Part shown: positions 1 to 7,859 of the stretch, in pieces | Position numbering within the stretch: the stretch's first letter is position 1 | Layout: each line of letters begins with the position of its first letter | Assembly (NCBI GenBank): GCA_019115345.1 | Contig: DXDV01000237.1 | Location: forward strand, 1-47,938 | DNA: 47,938 nt | Origin: Candidatus Intestinimonas stercorigallinarum | GTDB lineage: Bacteria > Bacillota > Clostridia > Oscillospirales > Oscillospiraceae | Direction: 5' to 3' | The notes under the pieces: generated by a model | Database searches by the model: none | The model's input: only the letters and a program-made list of their open reading frames with translations | What the model was told of the DNA's origin: nothing | Program-made: the position numbers and the translations under genes

Positions 1-1385
1 CCCCCCGCAGCTCCATCCACGGGGCGGGCCTGCCCTGGGAGCTGGGAGTGGCGGAGGCCCATCAGGCCCTTATCGAAAACGGCCTGCGCAGTCAGGTAGT
101 ACTGGAGACCGACGGCAAGCTCATGACCGGCCGGGACGTGGCTATAGCCTGTATGCTGGGGGCTGAGGAATTCGGCTTTGCCACGGCGCCCCTGGTGGCC
201 CTGGGCTGCTGCATGATGCGGGTGTGCAATCTGGACACCTGCGCCGCCGGTGTTGCCACCCAGAACCCGGAGCTGAGGAAACGCTTTGGCGGCAAGCCGG
301 AATATGTCATCAATTTCATGTATTTTATCGCCCGGGAACTGCGGGAGTATATGGCCCGGCTGGGCCTGCGCAGCGTGGATGAGCTGGTGGGCCGCAGAGA
401 CCTGCTGAAGCTCAGGGGGAATATGCCCGCCGGGCAGGCTTCCACCGTTGACCTGCGCGGGCTGCTGGATGGAGGCCCTGCCGCCGTCCACTTCCGGCCG
501 GAGGAGGTCTACGACTTCCATCTGGAGCGTAGCCTGGACGAGAGCGTGCTGCTCTCCAAGCTGGGAAAGAGTCTGAAAAGCAAGAAGTCCGGCTCCCTGG
601 AGCTGGAGGTATCCTCCACCGACCGGGCCTTCGGCACCCTCTTCGGCTCAGAGATTACACGCCAATGGGGAGACAGCCTGCCTGAGGACAGCTATGTGAT
701 ACGCTGCCGGGGCGGCGGAGGCCAATCCTTCGGGGCCTTTATCCCCAAAGGGCTCACCCTGGAGCTGGAGGGAGACTGCAACGACGGCTTCGGCAAAGGG
801 CTCTCCGGCGGAAAGCTGGTGCTCTATCCCCCCAAGGCCAGCCCCTTCAAGCCCGGGGAAAACATCATCGTGGGCAACGTGGCCCTTTACGGCGCCACCT
901 CCGGCAAAGCCTTTATAAACGGCATGGCCGGGGAACGCTTCTGCGTGCGCAACTCCGGCGCCATAGCGGTGGTGGAGGGAGTGGGCGACCACGGCTGCGA
1001 GTACATGACCGGAGGCCGCTGTGTCATTCTGGGGCCCACAGGCAAGAACTTTGCCGCGGGCATGTCCGGGGGCATAGCCTATGTGCTGGACGAGAAGCAT
1101 GACCTGTACATGCGGCTGAACAAGGACCAGGTCATGACCGACACCCTCACCGAGAGCCATGATATCGCCGAGCTGCGCTCCCTTATCGAAGAGCATGTGG
1201 CGGCCACCGGCTCCCCCAGAGGCAAAAAGATACTGGCGGCCTTCCATTCCTACATCCCCTGCTTCAAGAAGGTCATGCCCAGAGATTACGACAGGATGCT
1301 CCGCTCAATTGCTCAATTTGAGGAGAAGGGCATGTCCCGGGAGCAGGCGGAGATCCAGGCGTTTTACGCCAACACCAGGACCTGA
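1..1385 (+). CDS. gltB: Glutamate synthase large subunit, 3' part (starts before the window)
   Basis: Frame is open from position 3 (PRSSIHGAGLPWELGVAEAH); 3Fe-4S motif CCMMRVCNLDTC; C-terminal GXGXG beta-helix (GERFCVRNSGA, GVGDHGCEYMTGG). Confidence 0.97.
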   Translation, partial: PRSSIHGAGLPWELGVAEAHQALIENGLRSQVVLETDGKLMTGRDVAIACMLGAEEFGFATAPLVALGCCMMRVCNLDTCAAGVATQNPELRKRFGGKPEYVINFMYFIARELREYMARLGLRSVDELVGRRDLLKLRGNMPAGQASTVDLRGLLDGGPAAVHFRPEEVYDFHLERSLDESVLLSKLGKSLKSKKSGSLELEVSSTDRAFGTLFGSEITRQWGDSLPEDSYVIRCRGGGGQSFGAFIPKGLTLELEGDCNDGFGKGLSGGKLVLYPPKASPFKPGENIIVGNVALYGATSGKAFINGMAGERFCVRNSGAIAVVEGVGDHGCEYMTGGRCVILGPTGKNFAAGMSGGIAYVLDEKHDLYMRLNKDQVMTDTLTESHDIAELRSLIEEHVAATGSPRGKKILAAFHSYIPCFKKVMPRDYDRMLRSIAQFEEKGMSREQAEIQAFYANTRT

Positions 1386-1399
1386 GAGGAGGCGGAGTC

Positions 1400-2803
1400 A
1401 TGGGAAAACCCACTGGTTTTTTGGAATATCAGCGAAGCGAAGACCTGCGCAGGGACCCGGCGGAACGGGTGAAGGACTGGGAGGAATTCCATATCCCCCA
1501 GCCCGAAGAGGTGCGGCGGCAGCAGGGCGGGCGGTGCATGAACTGCGGCGTGCCCTTCTGCCAGACCGGCATGATATACGAGGGCAGGGCCTTCGGCTGC
1601 CCTCTCCACAACCTCATCCCTGAGTGGAACGACATGATACTCTCCGGCAACTGGGGCCACGCCCTCAGCAGGCTCCACAAGGCCAACAACTTCCCTGAGT
1701 TTACCGGCCGGGTCTGCCCCGCCCCCTGCGAGGCCGCCTGCATCTGCGGCATCTACGGGGATGCGGTCACTATCCGGGACAACGAGCTGAGCATAATCGA
1801 GGACGCTTTTGCCAGGCGCAGGATCCCTCGCCGCCGTCCGCCCCAGACCTCCGGCAAAAAGGTCTGCGTGGTTGGCTCCGGCCCGGCGGGGCTTGCAGCG
1901 GCCGACCAGCTGAACCACCGGGGCCATCTGGTGACGGTGGTGGAAAAGGAGGAAAGGCCCGGCGGTCTGCTCATGTACGGCATACCCAACATGAAGCTGC
2001 CCAAGGGGATAGTTCAGCGCCGTATCGACCTGATGACCGACGAAGGTGTCAGCTTTGTATGCGGCGTGGATGCCGCCCGGCCGGAGGTGGCTCAAAGGCT
2101 GCTGCGGGAATATGACGCGGTACTGCTCTGCTGCGGGGCGGGCCTGCCCCGGCCCCTGGGGCTGGAGGCCCAGGGTATCAGCGGAATTTGCTACGGCACG
2201 GAATACCTGAGATCCGCCGTGGAGCGGGCTCAGTTCGGCAAGGCTGACACCCCCTTCCCCAGCGCCGAAGGCCTGGACGTGGTGATAGTCGGCACCGGGG
2301 ACACCGCCAGCGACTGCGTGGCCACCGCTTTGCGCCAGGGCTGCCGCTCGGTGACTCAGCTGGTGCGCCGGCCCATGGAGGACTATCTGGACAGCCAGGG
2401 CCGGCTGCCCCTGGCCTACGCCCACGAGGAGGCCCTGGCGGTCTTCGGTTCCGAGCCCCGGCGTTTCGGCGTCAAGGTAAAGGAACTCATATCCGACGGC
2501 AAAGGCGGGCTCAGCGGTCTGGTCACCAGCCAGGGGGACACCATCCCCTGTCAGCTGCTCATAGGTGCCACCGGCTTTACCGGCTGCCGGGAGGACGTGT
2601 GCCGGGCCTTCGGCGTAGAGATGGACAGGACCGTCAAAACCGCAAAGGGCGGCTATGCCACCAGTGTGGAAGGGGTCTTCTCCGCCGGCGACATGCGGCG
2701 GGGACAATCCCTGGTGGTCTGGGCCATTGCCGAGGGCCGCTCCGCCGCCGCCGAGATAGACGAATACCTTATAGGCTACACCAATCTGGTGCGGAGCATC
2801 TGA
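1400..2803 (+). CDS. gltD: Glutamate synthase small subunit
   Basis: [10 protein letters not shown] start, [54 protein letters not shown]; RBS GAGGAGG upstream; follows gltB. Confidence 0.96.
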   Translation: MGKPTGFLEYQRSEDLRRDPAERVKDWEEFHIPQPEEVRRQQGGRCMNCGVPFCQTGMIYEGRAFGCPLHNLIPEWNDMILSGNWGHALSRLHKANNFPEFTGRVCPAPCEAACICGIYGDAVTIRDNELSIIEDAFARRRIPRRRPPQTSGKKVCVVGSGPAGLAAADQLNHRGHLVTVVEKEERPGGLLMYGIPNMKLPKGIVQRRIDLMTDEGVSFVCGVDAARPEVAQRLLREYDAVLLCCGAGLPRPLGLEAQGISGICYGTEYLRSAVERAQFGKADTPFPSAEGLDVVIVGTGDTASDCVATALRQGCRSVTQLVRRPMEDYLDSQGRLPLAYAHEEALAVFGSEPRRFGVKVKELISDGKGGLSGLVTSQGDTIPCQLLIGATGFTGCREDVCRAFGVEMDRTVKTAKGGYATSVEGVFSAGDMRRGQSLVVWAIAEGRSAAAEIDEYLIGYTNLVRSI

Positions 2804-2862
2804 GTTACCATTTCGCTGCTTATAGGGCAAAGTCCCTGTAATTTGCCCAGCGGGAAACGCAG

Positions 2863-2904
2863 AAAGGCGGCAGACACTTCAAAAAGTGTCTGCCGCCTTT
2901 TTTT
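2863..2904 (+). terminator. Intrinsic terminator after gltD (possibly bidirectional)
   Basis: 17-bp stem AAAGGCGGCAGACACTT / AAGTGTCTGCCGCCTTT with a 4-nt loop, followed by a T run; lies between convergent genes. Confidence 0.88.
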
Positions 2905-3036
2905 GCAAAGCTCAGCCTGCGTCTTTTCTCCGGGCCGGGATGCTCCCCCAGTTTGAGTCCACTGGGTTTTGTCTCACCTGTGCCCCATTGATGGCCGGGC
3001 TCATATCCGAGGCCGGGCGGCCAAGGCGGAAGTATT

Positions 3037-3432
3037 TTAAAAACGCATAACTTCCATGCCCAGCATTCGGCCCAGCACCGCCAGGCAGTCTCCCCAGGCG
3101 CCCTGTATAACCGCAAAATGGGGTTCAAGCCCCTGTCTTATGCTCTCTTCCACTATCTCCCGGCTGGGCTTTCTGCATTTGAAAACAAGGGAGGTGCCTA
3201 TAAACTGTTTTTCCCTGTCCTCCGTGCTGCCCTCCATTATGAAAAACCTGAAAGTCCCTCCGGGGTTCCTGCTCACCCGAAAGACCGTCGCCTCCCGGAA
3301 AGGACGGCAGCCGAAGTCCATTGCCGGACCTATCTTCCTGTTTGGGTGAACTCCCACCATGGCCCCGGTATCCTCCCGGGCCAGAGAACAGGCGCCGGCC
3401 CCGCAGTGCCAATAGCTTATGGTATTCTCCCT
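3037..3432 (-). pseudogene. C-terminal fragment of an L-fucose/L-arabinose isomerase-family gene, truncated by IS110
   Basis: Reading upstream of the listed ORF gives ENTISYWHCGAGACSLAREDTGAMVGVHPNRKIGP...EPHFAVIQG (WHCG and late H motifs of the family); the frame runs into the IS110 left end with no native start. Confidence 0.75.
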
Positions 3433-3446
3433 TGTATTATAGAGTA

Positions 3447-3650
3447 GTAGTTATTAAAGCCCCTCTCCAAGGGCTGTGCTACACTGTAAGGGATGCTGTG
3501 GATTGGTAGTGTCCTCCTACCACAAGATGGTTCGCGAAAGGTTCCAACCACAGCCCCTTACACTTTTGTTAATCAGTTAAATACCGCCAGACGGTTGATG
3601 TAGAACAAGGATACAAAAGTAAGGCGCACTGTGGATACAGCATCACATAT
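3447..3650 (+). ncRNA. Putative IS110 bridge RNA in the left non-coding end (boundaries approximate)
   Basis: 5' hairpin 3458-3475; large stem 3486-3506/3544-3561 enclosing an internal loop; second stem 3562-3569/3613-3620 enclosing another; loop segments match target and donor junction sequences. Confidence 0.72.
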
Positions 3651-3671
3651 TTATCGTTGGAGGTATTTGTT

Positions 3672-4850
3672 ATGATGGTTTCTGTTGGTATCGATGTCTC
3701 GAAAGATAAGCACGATTGTTTCATCGTCAACTCTGAGGGTGAAATCCTGGCGGATGTGTTCACTATCCCCAACAACATGGATGGGTTTCACTATCTGTTA
3801 CAACGAATCCAGGATTGCGCCAACACGCAGAACAAAATAAAAGTAGGGCTTGAGGCGACCGGACATTACAGCTACAATCTGCTCGGGTTTCTTCTCGACA
3901 ACGGTCTACCCACCTATGTCTTGAATCCCTTGCGTACAAACATTTACCGAAAGAGTCTCAGTCTGCGAAAGACTAAAACCGACCGGGTGGATGCACGAAC
4001 GATTGCTTCTATGCTGTTATCCGATGTGGGCCTCAAACCCTACACAGATACAGCATACCACAATGAGGAGCTAAAGTCACTGACCAGATACCGTTTTGAC
4101 AAGGTGAAAGAGCGTGCCAAGCTGAAAAGTTCTATCGCTCGACTGGTCTGCATCCTGTTTCCAGAGTTGGAAAAGCTCGTTCCTTCTCTGCATATTGCTT
4201 CTGTCTACGCCCTGCTGGAGGAGTTCCCCGGTGCCAAACAGATTGCCGCAGCTCATTTGACGAGGCTGAAAACACTGCTCGAAACCGCCTCTAAAGGCCA
4301 CTACAAACGGGACATGGCTCTTGAAATCCGGGATGCCGCCAGAAATTCTATTGGCTCCTGGATGCCTGCCAAGTCTCTTGAATTGCAGCACACCATCCGG
4401 CTCATCCGAGAACTGGACGACGAAATTGCTGAAATTGAAAAGCAAATTCAAGCCATTATGGATGAACTTAATTCTCCCATTACCACTATCCCAGGGATTG
4501 GATTCCGAATGGCTGCCATGATTTTTGCTGAGGTTGGTGACTTCACTCGTTTTGATTCCCCGGACAAGCTGTTGGCCTACGCTGGGATGTCGCCCTCAAC
4601 TTACCAGTCTGGACAACTCAAGAATTGCTACCCACACATGGAAAAGCGTGGCTCTCGATACCTACGCTACGCTCTTTACAACGCGACCAAGTATGTCTGC
4701 CACTGGGATCCGACCTTTGCTGCCTATCTTGCTAAGAAGCGTGCGGAGGGCAAACACTACAATGTCGCGCTTTCTCATGCTGCAAAAAAGTTGGTTCGTC
4801 TAATATTTGCTATGGAGAAATCCAGGCAGCCATATCGCTTGGTGGCTTGA
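3672..4850 (+). CDS. IS110-family DEDD recombinase/transposase
   Basis: GIDVSK, LEATGHY and KTDRVDA give the DEDD residues; C-terminal TIPGIG...LAYAGMSP..YQSG serine motif; RBS GGAGG at 3659-3663 favours the ATG at 3672. Confidence 0.96.
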   Translation: MMVSVGIDVSKDKHDCFIVNSEGEILADVFTIPNNMDGFHYLLQRIQDCANTQNKIKVGLEATGHYSYNLLGFLLDNGLPTYVLNPLRTNIYRKSLSLRKTKTDRVDARTIASMLLSDVGLKPYTDTAYHNEELKSLTRYRFDKVKERAKLKSSIARLVCILFPELEKLVPSLHIASVYALLEEFPGAKQIAAAHLTRLKTLLETASKGHYKRDMALEIRDAARNSIGSWMPAKSLELQHTIRLIRELDDEIAEIEKQIQAIMDELNSPITTIPGIGFRMAAMIFAEVGDFTRFDSPDKLLAYAGMSPSTYQSGQLKNCYPHMEKRGSRYLRYALYNATKYVCHWDPTFAAYLAKKRAEGKHYNVALSHAAKKLVRLIFAMEKSRQPYRLVA

Positions 4851-4997
4851 GTGCAACTACTTGAATAGCCAGCAGGGGTCTGACAAGACCTCAGCTTTGC
4901 TATACCCTTTTTGAACCATCTCCCTTTCACCACAGCTATTCATTTTGTGGTTGACTTTTAATAGTTAATCTTTCGCTGAGGAAGGAGTGTCATTGGA

Positions 4998-5351
4998 ATG
5001 GAAAACGCCATCATCCTGCTCCTGGTCGCCGCGGCCGTGGCCGTGGGGATCTGGTACACCGTCCGGCATTTCCAGGGCAAGGGCGGCTGCTGCGGCGGCG
5101 GGGACTACAAGCCCCGGAAGAAGAAGCTCTCCCATGTGGCCGGCCGGAAAACCTACCGCGTGGAGGGGATGCACTGCGCCCACTGCAAGCTCCGGGTGGA
5201 GGAGGCGGTCAACGACATCCACGGCGCGGCGGGGCAGGCCGACTGGAAAAAGGGCCTGCTGGTGGTCTCCTACGCGGAGACCCTCGACGATGAGGAGGTC
5301 CGCCGCAGGGTGGAAAAGGCGGGGTACCGCTTTGCGGGCACGGCGTCCTGA
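4998..5351 (+). CDS. Small membrane protein: N-terminal TM/Cys-rich segment plus heavy-metal-associated (HMA) domain
   Basis: Hydrophobic N-terminus, GGCCGG motif (FeoB-associated Cys-rich type), VEGMHCAHC metal-binding motif; RBS GAAGGAG at 4981. Confidence 0.85.
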   Translation: MENAIILLLVAAAVAVGIWYTVRHFQGKGGCCGGGDYKPRKKKLSHVAGRKTYRVEGMHCAHCKLRVEEAVNDIHGAAGQADWKKGLLVVSYAETLDDEEVRRRVEKAGYRFAGTAS

Positions 5352-5383
5352 TGTCTCATCCATAGGGAAACGCACGCCTGGGA

Positions 5384-5430
5384 GAAAAAGAAAAGAGGGG
5401 TTCCGGCATCTGGACTGCCGGGACCCCTCT
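5384..5430 (-). terminator. Intrinsic terminator closing the CIS operon
   Basis: Stem AGAGGGGTTCCGGCA / TGCCGGGACCCCTCT (5394-5430); the plus-strand A tract gives a U-rich tail on the minus strand, right after the DUF4280 stop. Confidence 0.82.
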
Positions 5431-5436
5431 CATTTG

Positions 5437-5817
5437 TTATGGGATCGAAGTCTGGAACTGTCCCGGGTTGAGCACGGAGATCACGCCGCCCCAGGCGCAC
5501 ATCAGCTTGGAGCTGTTGTTGAGGGCGGGGGAGCCGCCGAGGAGCACCGTGGGGGAGCCGGGCGTCCAGGGGGCGGTGATGACGGGGACGCAGGGGGCCG
5601 GGGCGAACATCACCGGCGGGGGCTTGACGGTGGCCGGATTGGCCGGACAGCTGCACATGCCGAAGGGAGGGATGTTCCCCATGGGCTTGCAGTCCATGAT
5701 GGTGGCCGCCGGCTTGGAGGCCACCAGCACGGTGGTCTGAGAGTTGACGATGAGGGTGGAGGGGGCGGCGCCGAAGCTGCATTGGAGATTGGCGCCCATA
5801 CATACGCAGATTCCCAT
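5437..5817 (-). CDS. DUF4280 / PAAR-like spike tip protein
   Basis: GANLQCSFG..P, PAATIMD, NIPPFGMC...NP, PCVP....W.PG, S.LMCAWGGVI motifs; RBS GAGGTG upstream of ATG 5817. Confidence 0.92.
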   Translation of the reverse strand: MGICVCMGANLQCSFGAAPSTLIVNSQTTVLVASKPAATIMDCKPMGNIPPFGMCSCPANPATVKPPPVMFAPAPCVPVITAPWTPGSPTVLLGGSPALNNSSKLMCAWGGVISVLNPGQFQTSIP

Positions 5818-5828
5818 GTGTTCACCTC

Positions 5829-7244
5829 TTAGATGGCGGCTGCAGTGCATCCGGCGCCGATGGCGTGCTGGAAGCGCAGCACGTCCAGATTGAATTGCGC
5901 CAGCTTCTCGATCTGGCCGGCCCGCAGATCCTCCCACTCCGCCCGCCGGGCCATGAGGTCGGGAAAATCGGAGCTCCATGCCGCCGCGGCTTCGGTCTCC
6001 TCGGCCTGAACGGCCTCGGTCTCCTCCGCCTGAACGGACTCGGTCTCCGGAGCGGGGGAGGTTTCCAGGGTGTAGACCGCCTCGGGAGCGCCGCCCAGCT
6101 GGGACAGGGACTCGGAGAGCCGGGTCAGCTCCTGATTCTGGGTCTCCAGGCTGGACAGCAGGTCCCGCACCTCGGTCTCCACCTGGAGCTCCGCCTGGGG
6201 GCAGGCCGCCTCGGCCTCGGTCAGGGCGGCCTGCTGGGTCAGGACCTCCGGGGAGTCGGGGGCGTAGGTGTAGCGCAGCTGACTGAGGGCCTGCTGCTCC
6301 CGCTCCACCTGATAGGCGGCGGCGTGGACCTCGTTCCGGTTTTCCAGGGCCTGGGAGACGGCCTCATCGGCGGTGAGGGTAGGCATGGGCTCCGCCTCCA
6401 GAACGTCGGAGAGGGCCAGGTCCGTCCCGTAGGGGTTGCCCAGGACGGTGTTCAGCTCCTGAAGGGCGGTATCGAGTTCGGCTTCGGCCTCCTGGAGGGC
6501 TTCCTCCGCCTGGGCCAGGGCCGTCTGGACCGTCTCCAGGTCGGCCTGGGCCCTCTCCAGCCGGGCGGTGTCGCCCGACGTCTGGGCGCTGCTGACCTGG
6601 GCGCTGACCTCGGCCTCCAACGCCCGGTAGAAGGCCACGCTCTCCTCCCGGAGGGCCGCCGTGTCCCGGCGCCGGAGGTAGGCAAAGGCCGGGGCGGCCA
6701 CCTCTTCGGCGAGCTGGTTTTGCCGGGCCTCCTCATTTCGGGGGGCCTGGCTCTGGGCGAAGGCGCGGCGGAGGGCGTCGTCGGAGGTCCCCACGCCGGA
6801 GGCCAGGGCCAGCTCCGCCTGGCCAAGGCTCTGGGCGGCCAGGGCGCCGCTGCTCTCGTCCCGCATCCAGTCGATGAGTTCCGCCAGAGTCTTTGTGCCG
6901 CCGCCCGCCGAGGGGGGCGGCGTGCCGTCGGAGACGGCCTCCTCTGAAGGCGTCTCCGTGGGGAGGGGCTGGCCGCTCTCCGCCACGGGCGCCGGGGTCT
7001 CGGAAAGGGGAGCGCTCTCCTGGGGAGCGGTCGTCTCCGTGGGGGCGGGGGACGTCTCCCCGCCGGTGTGGGCGGGGGCGGTGGTCTCCGGCGGGGCGGT
7101 TTCCCCGCCGTTGAATTGGGCGGCGGCCAGACTGTCCAGCTGGGTCTGGGCGGCCCGGTCCAGGGCGTGGCGCACCAGCACCAGGCCCGCCACCAGGGCT
7201 GCCGCCAGAATGACCGCCACCACCGCCCAGTCCCTCTTTTTCAT
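5829..7244 (-). CDS. Membrane-anchored TolC/OEP-like alpha-helical protein
   Basis: N-terminal TM (WAVVAVILAAALVAGLVLV), P/T/E-rich linker, coiled coils with OEP-like LNTVLGNP...DEAVSQALENRNEVHAA; start could also be GTG 7253. Confidence 0.6.
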   Translation of the reverse strand: MKKRDWAVVAVILAAALVAGLVLVRHALDRAAQTQLDSLAAAQFNGGETAPPETTAPAHTGGETSPAPTETTAPQESAPLSETPAPVAESGQPLPTETPSEEAVSDGTPPPSAGGGTKTLAELIDWMRDESSGALAAQSLGQAELALASGVGTSDDALRRAFAQSQAPRNEEARQNQLAEEVAAPAFAYLRRRDTAALREESVAFYRALEAEVSAQVSSAQTSGDTARLERAQADLETVQTALAQAEEALQEAEAELDTALQELNTVLGNPYGTDLALSDVLEAEPMPTLTADEAVSQALENRNEVHAAAYQVEREQQALSQLRYTYAPDSPEVLTQQAALTEAEAACPQAELQVETEVRDLLSSLETQNQELTRLSESLSQLGGAPEAVYTLETSPAPETESVQAEETEAVQAEETEAAAAWSSDFPDLMARRAEWEDLRAGQIEKLAQFNLDVLRFQHAIGAGCTAAAI

Positions 7245-7265
7245 TCCGGACACCCCCTTGCCAAG

Positions 7266-7829
7266 CTACTGAATGAGTTCGTCAAAGGCCTCGCTGACCG
7301 TCTTGCCCGCCCGCAGGGCGTCCATCAGCAGGACCACCATCTGACAGCCCATCTCCATCAGGATCATATCCTCGGTAAACACGCCCTGGTCGATGGGCCG
7401 GTCCAGGGGAAAGCCCTGCACCGCGCGCACCGCCGCCATCAGGGGCAGCTCCAGCTCGGGCCGGGGCTCCACCAGCAGCACCGCCCCCATGGGCAGGACC
7501 TGGTTGAGACGGTTGACGCCCTCCAGCAGGGTGAGGCGGTCGATCTCCTCCAGGGAGCCGGGCACCTCGCAGTAGAACTGGAGGAACTTGGTGAACTCCG
7601 CCGTCTCGTTGTCCAGGGGCAGGAAGCTGTGGGTAAAGATCCAGGGCTTATCCTCCTCCGGGGAGTCCACCATGGCCACCAGGGTGGGCAGGGGGGCGGC
7701 CGGACTGGCCTCGACGGTCTTGCTGGGGATCTGCATATCCTCATAGTAGAGGCTCAGCGCCTCGAAGTCCCGCAGCATGGCCTGCTCCGTCAGGCTGGTG
7801 CCCTGAAGCAGTTGGTCTGAATATGACAT
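7266..7829 (-). CDS. Small acidic protein, YbjN / type III secretion chaperone-like fold (tentative)
   Basis: 187 aa, acidic; FLQFYCEVP...DRLTLLEGVNRLNQVLPMGAVLL resembles the beta-beta-alpha-beta core of CesT/YbjN-like proteins; RBS AGGAAGGAG. Confidence 0.5.
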   Translation of the reverse strand: MSYSDQLLQGTSLTEQAMLRDFEALSLYYEDMQIPSKTVEASPAAPLPTLVAMVDSPEEDKPWIFTHSFLPLDNETAEFTKFLQFYCEVPGSLEEIDRLTLLEGVNRLNQVLPMGAVLLVEPRPELELPLMAAVRAVQGFPLDRPIDQGVFTEDMILMEMGCQMVVLLMDALRAGKTVSEAFDELIQ

Positions 7830-7859
7830 AGCCTTCTCCTTCCTGTTGCGCCCCTTGGG

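Larger units (their letters stand above)
3431..4971 (+). mobile_element. IS110-family insertion sequence with CT core at both ends
   Basis: Visibly lower GC than flanks; IS110 recombinase ORF; no terminal inverted repeats; CT at 3431-3432 and 4970-4971; joining the ends creates TTGACT-17bp-TATTAT. Confidence 0.9.

Noticed and set aside
1364-2830. 488-aa minus-strand ORF over gltD
   Set aside because: Antisense shadow of a clear gltD gene.
4951-4997. Hybrid promoter from the IS right end driving the HMA gene
   Set aside because: No -10-like hexamer at 16-18 bp from TTGACT in the integrated sequence.
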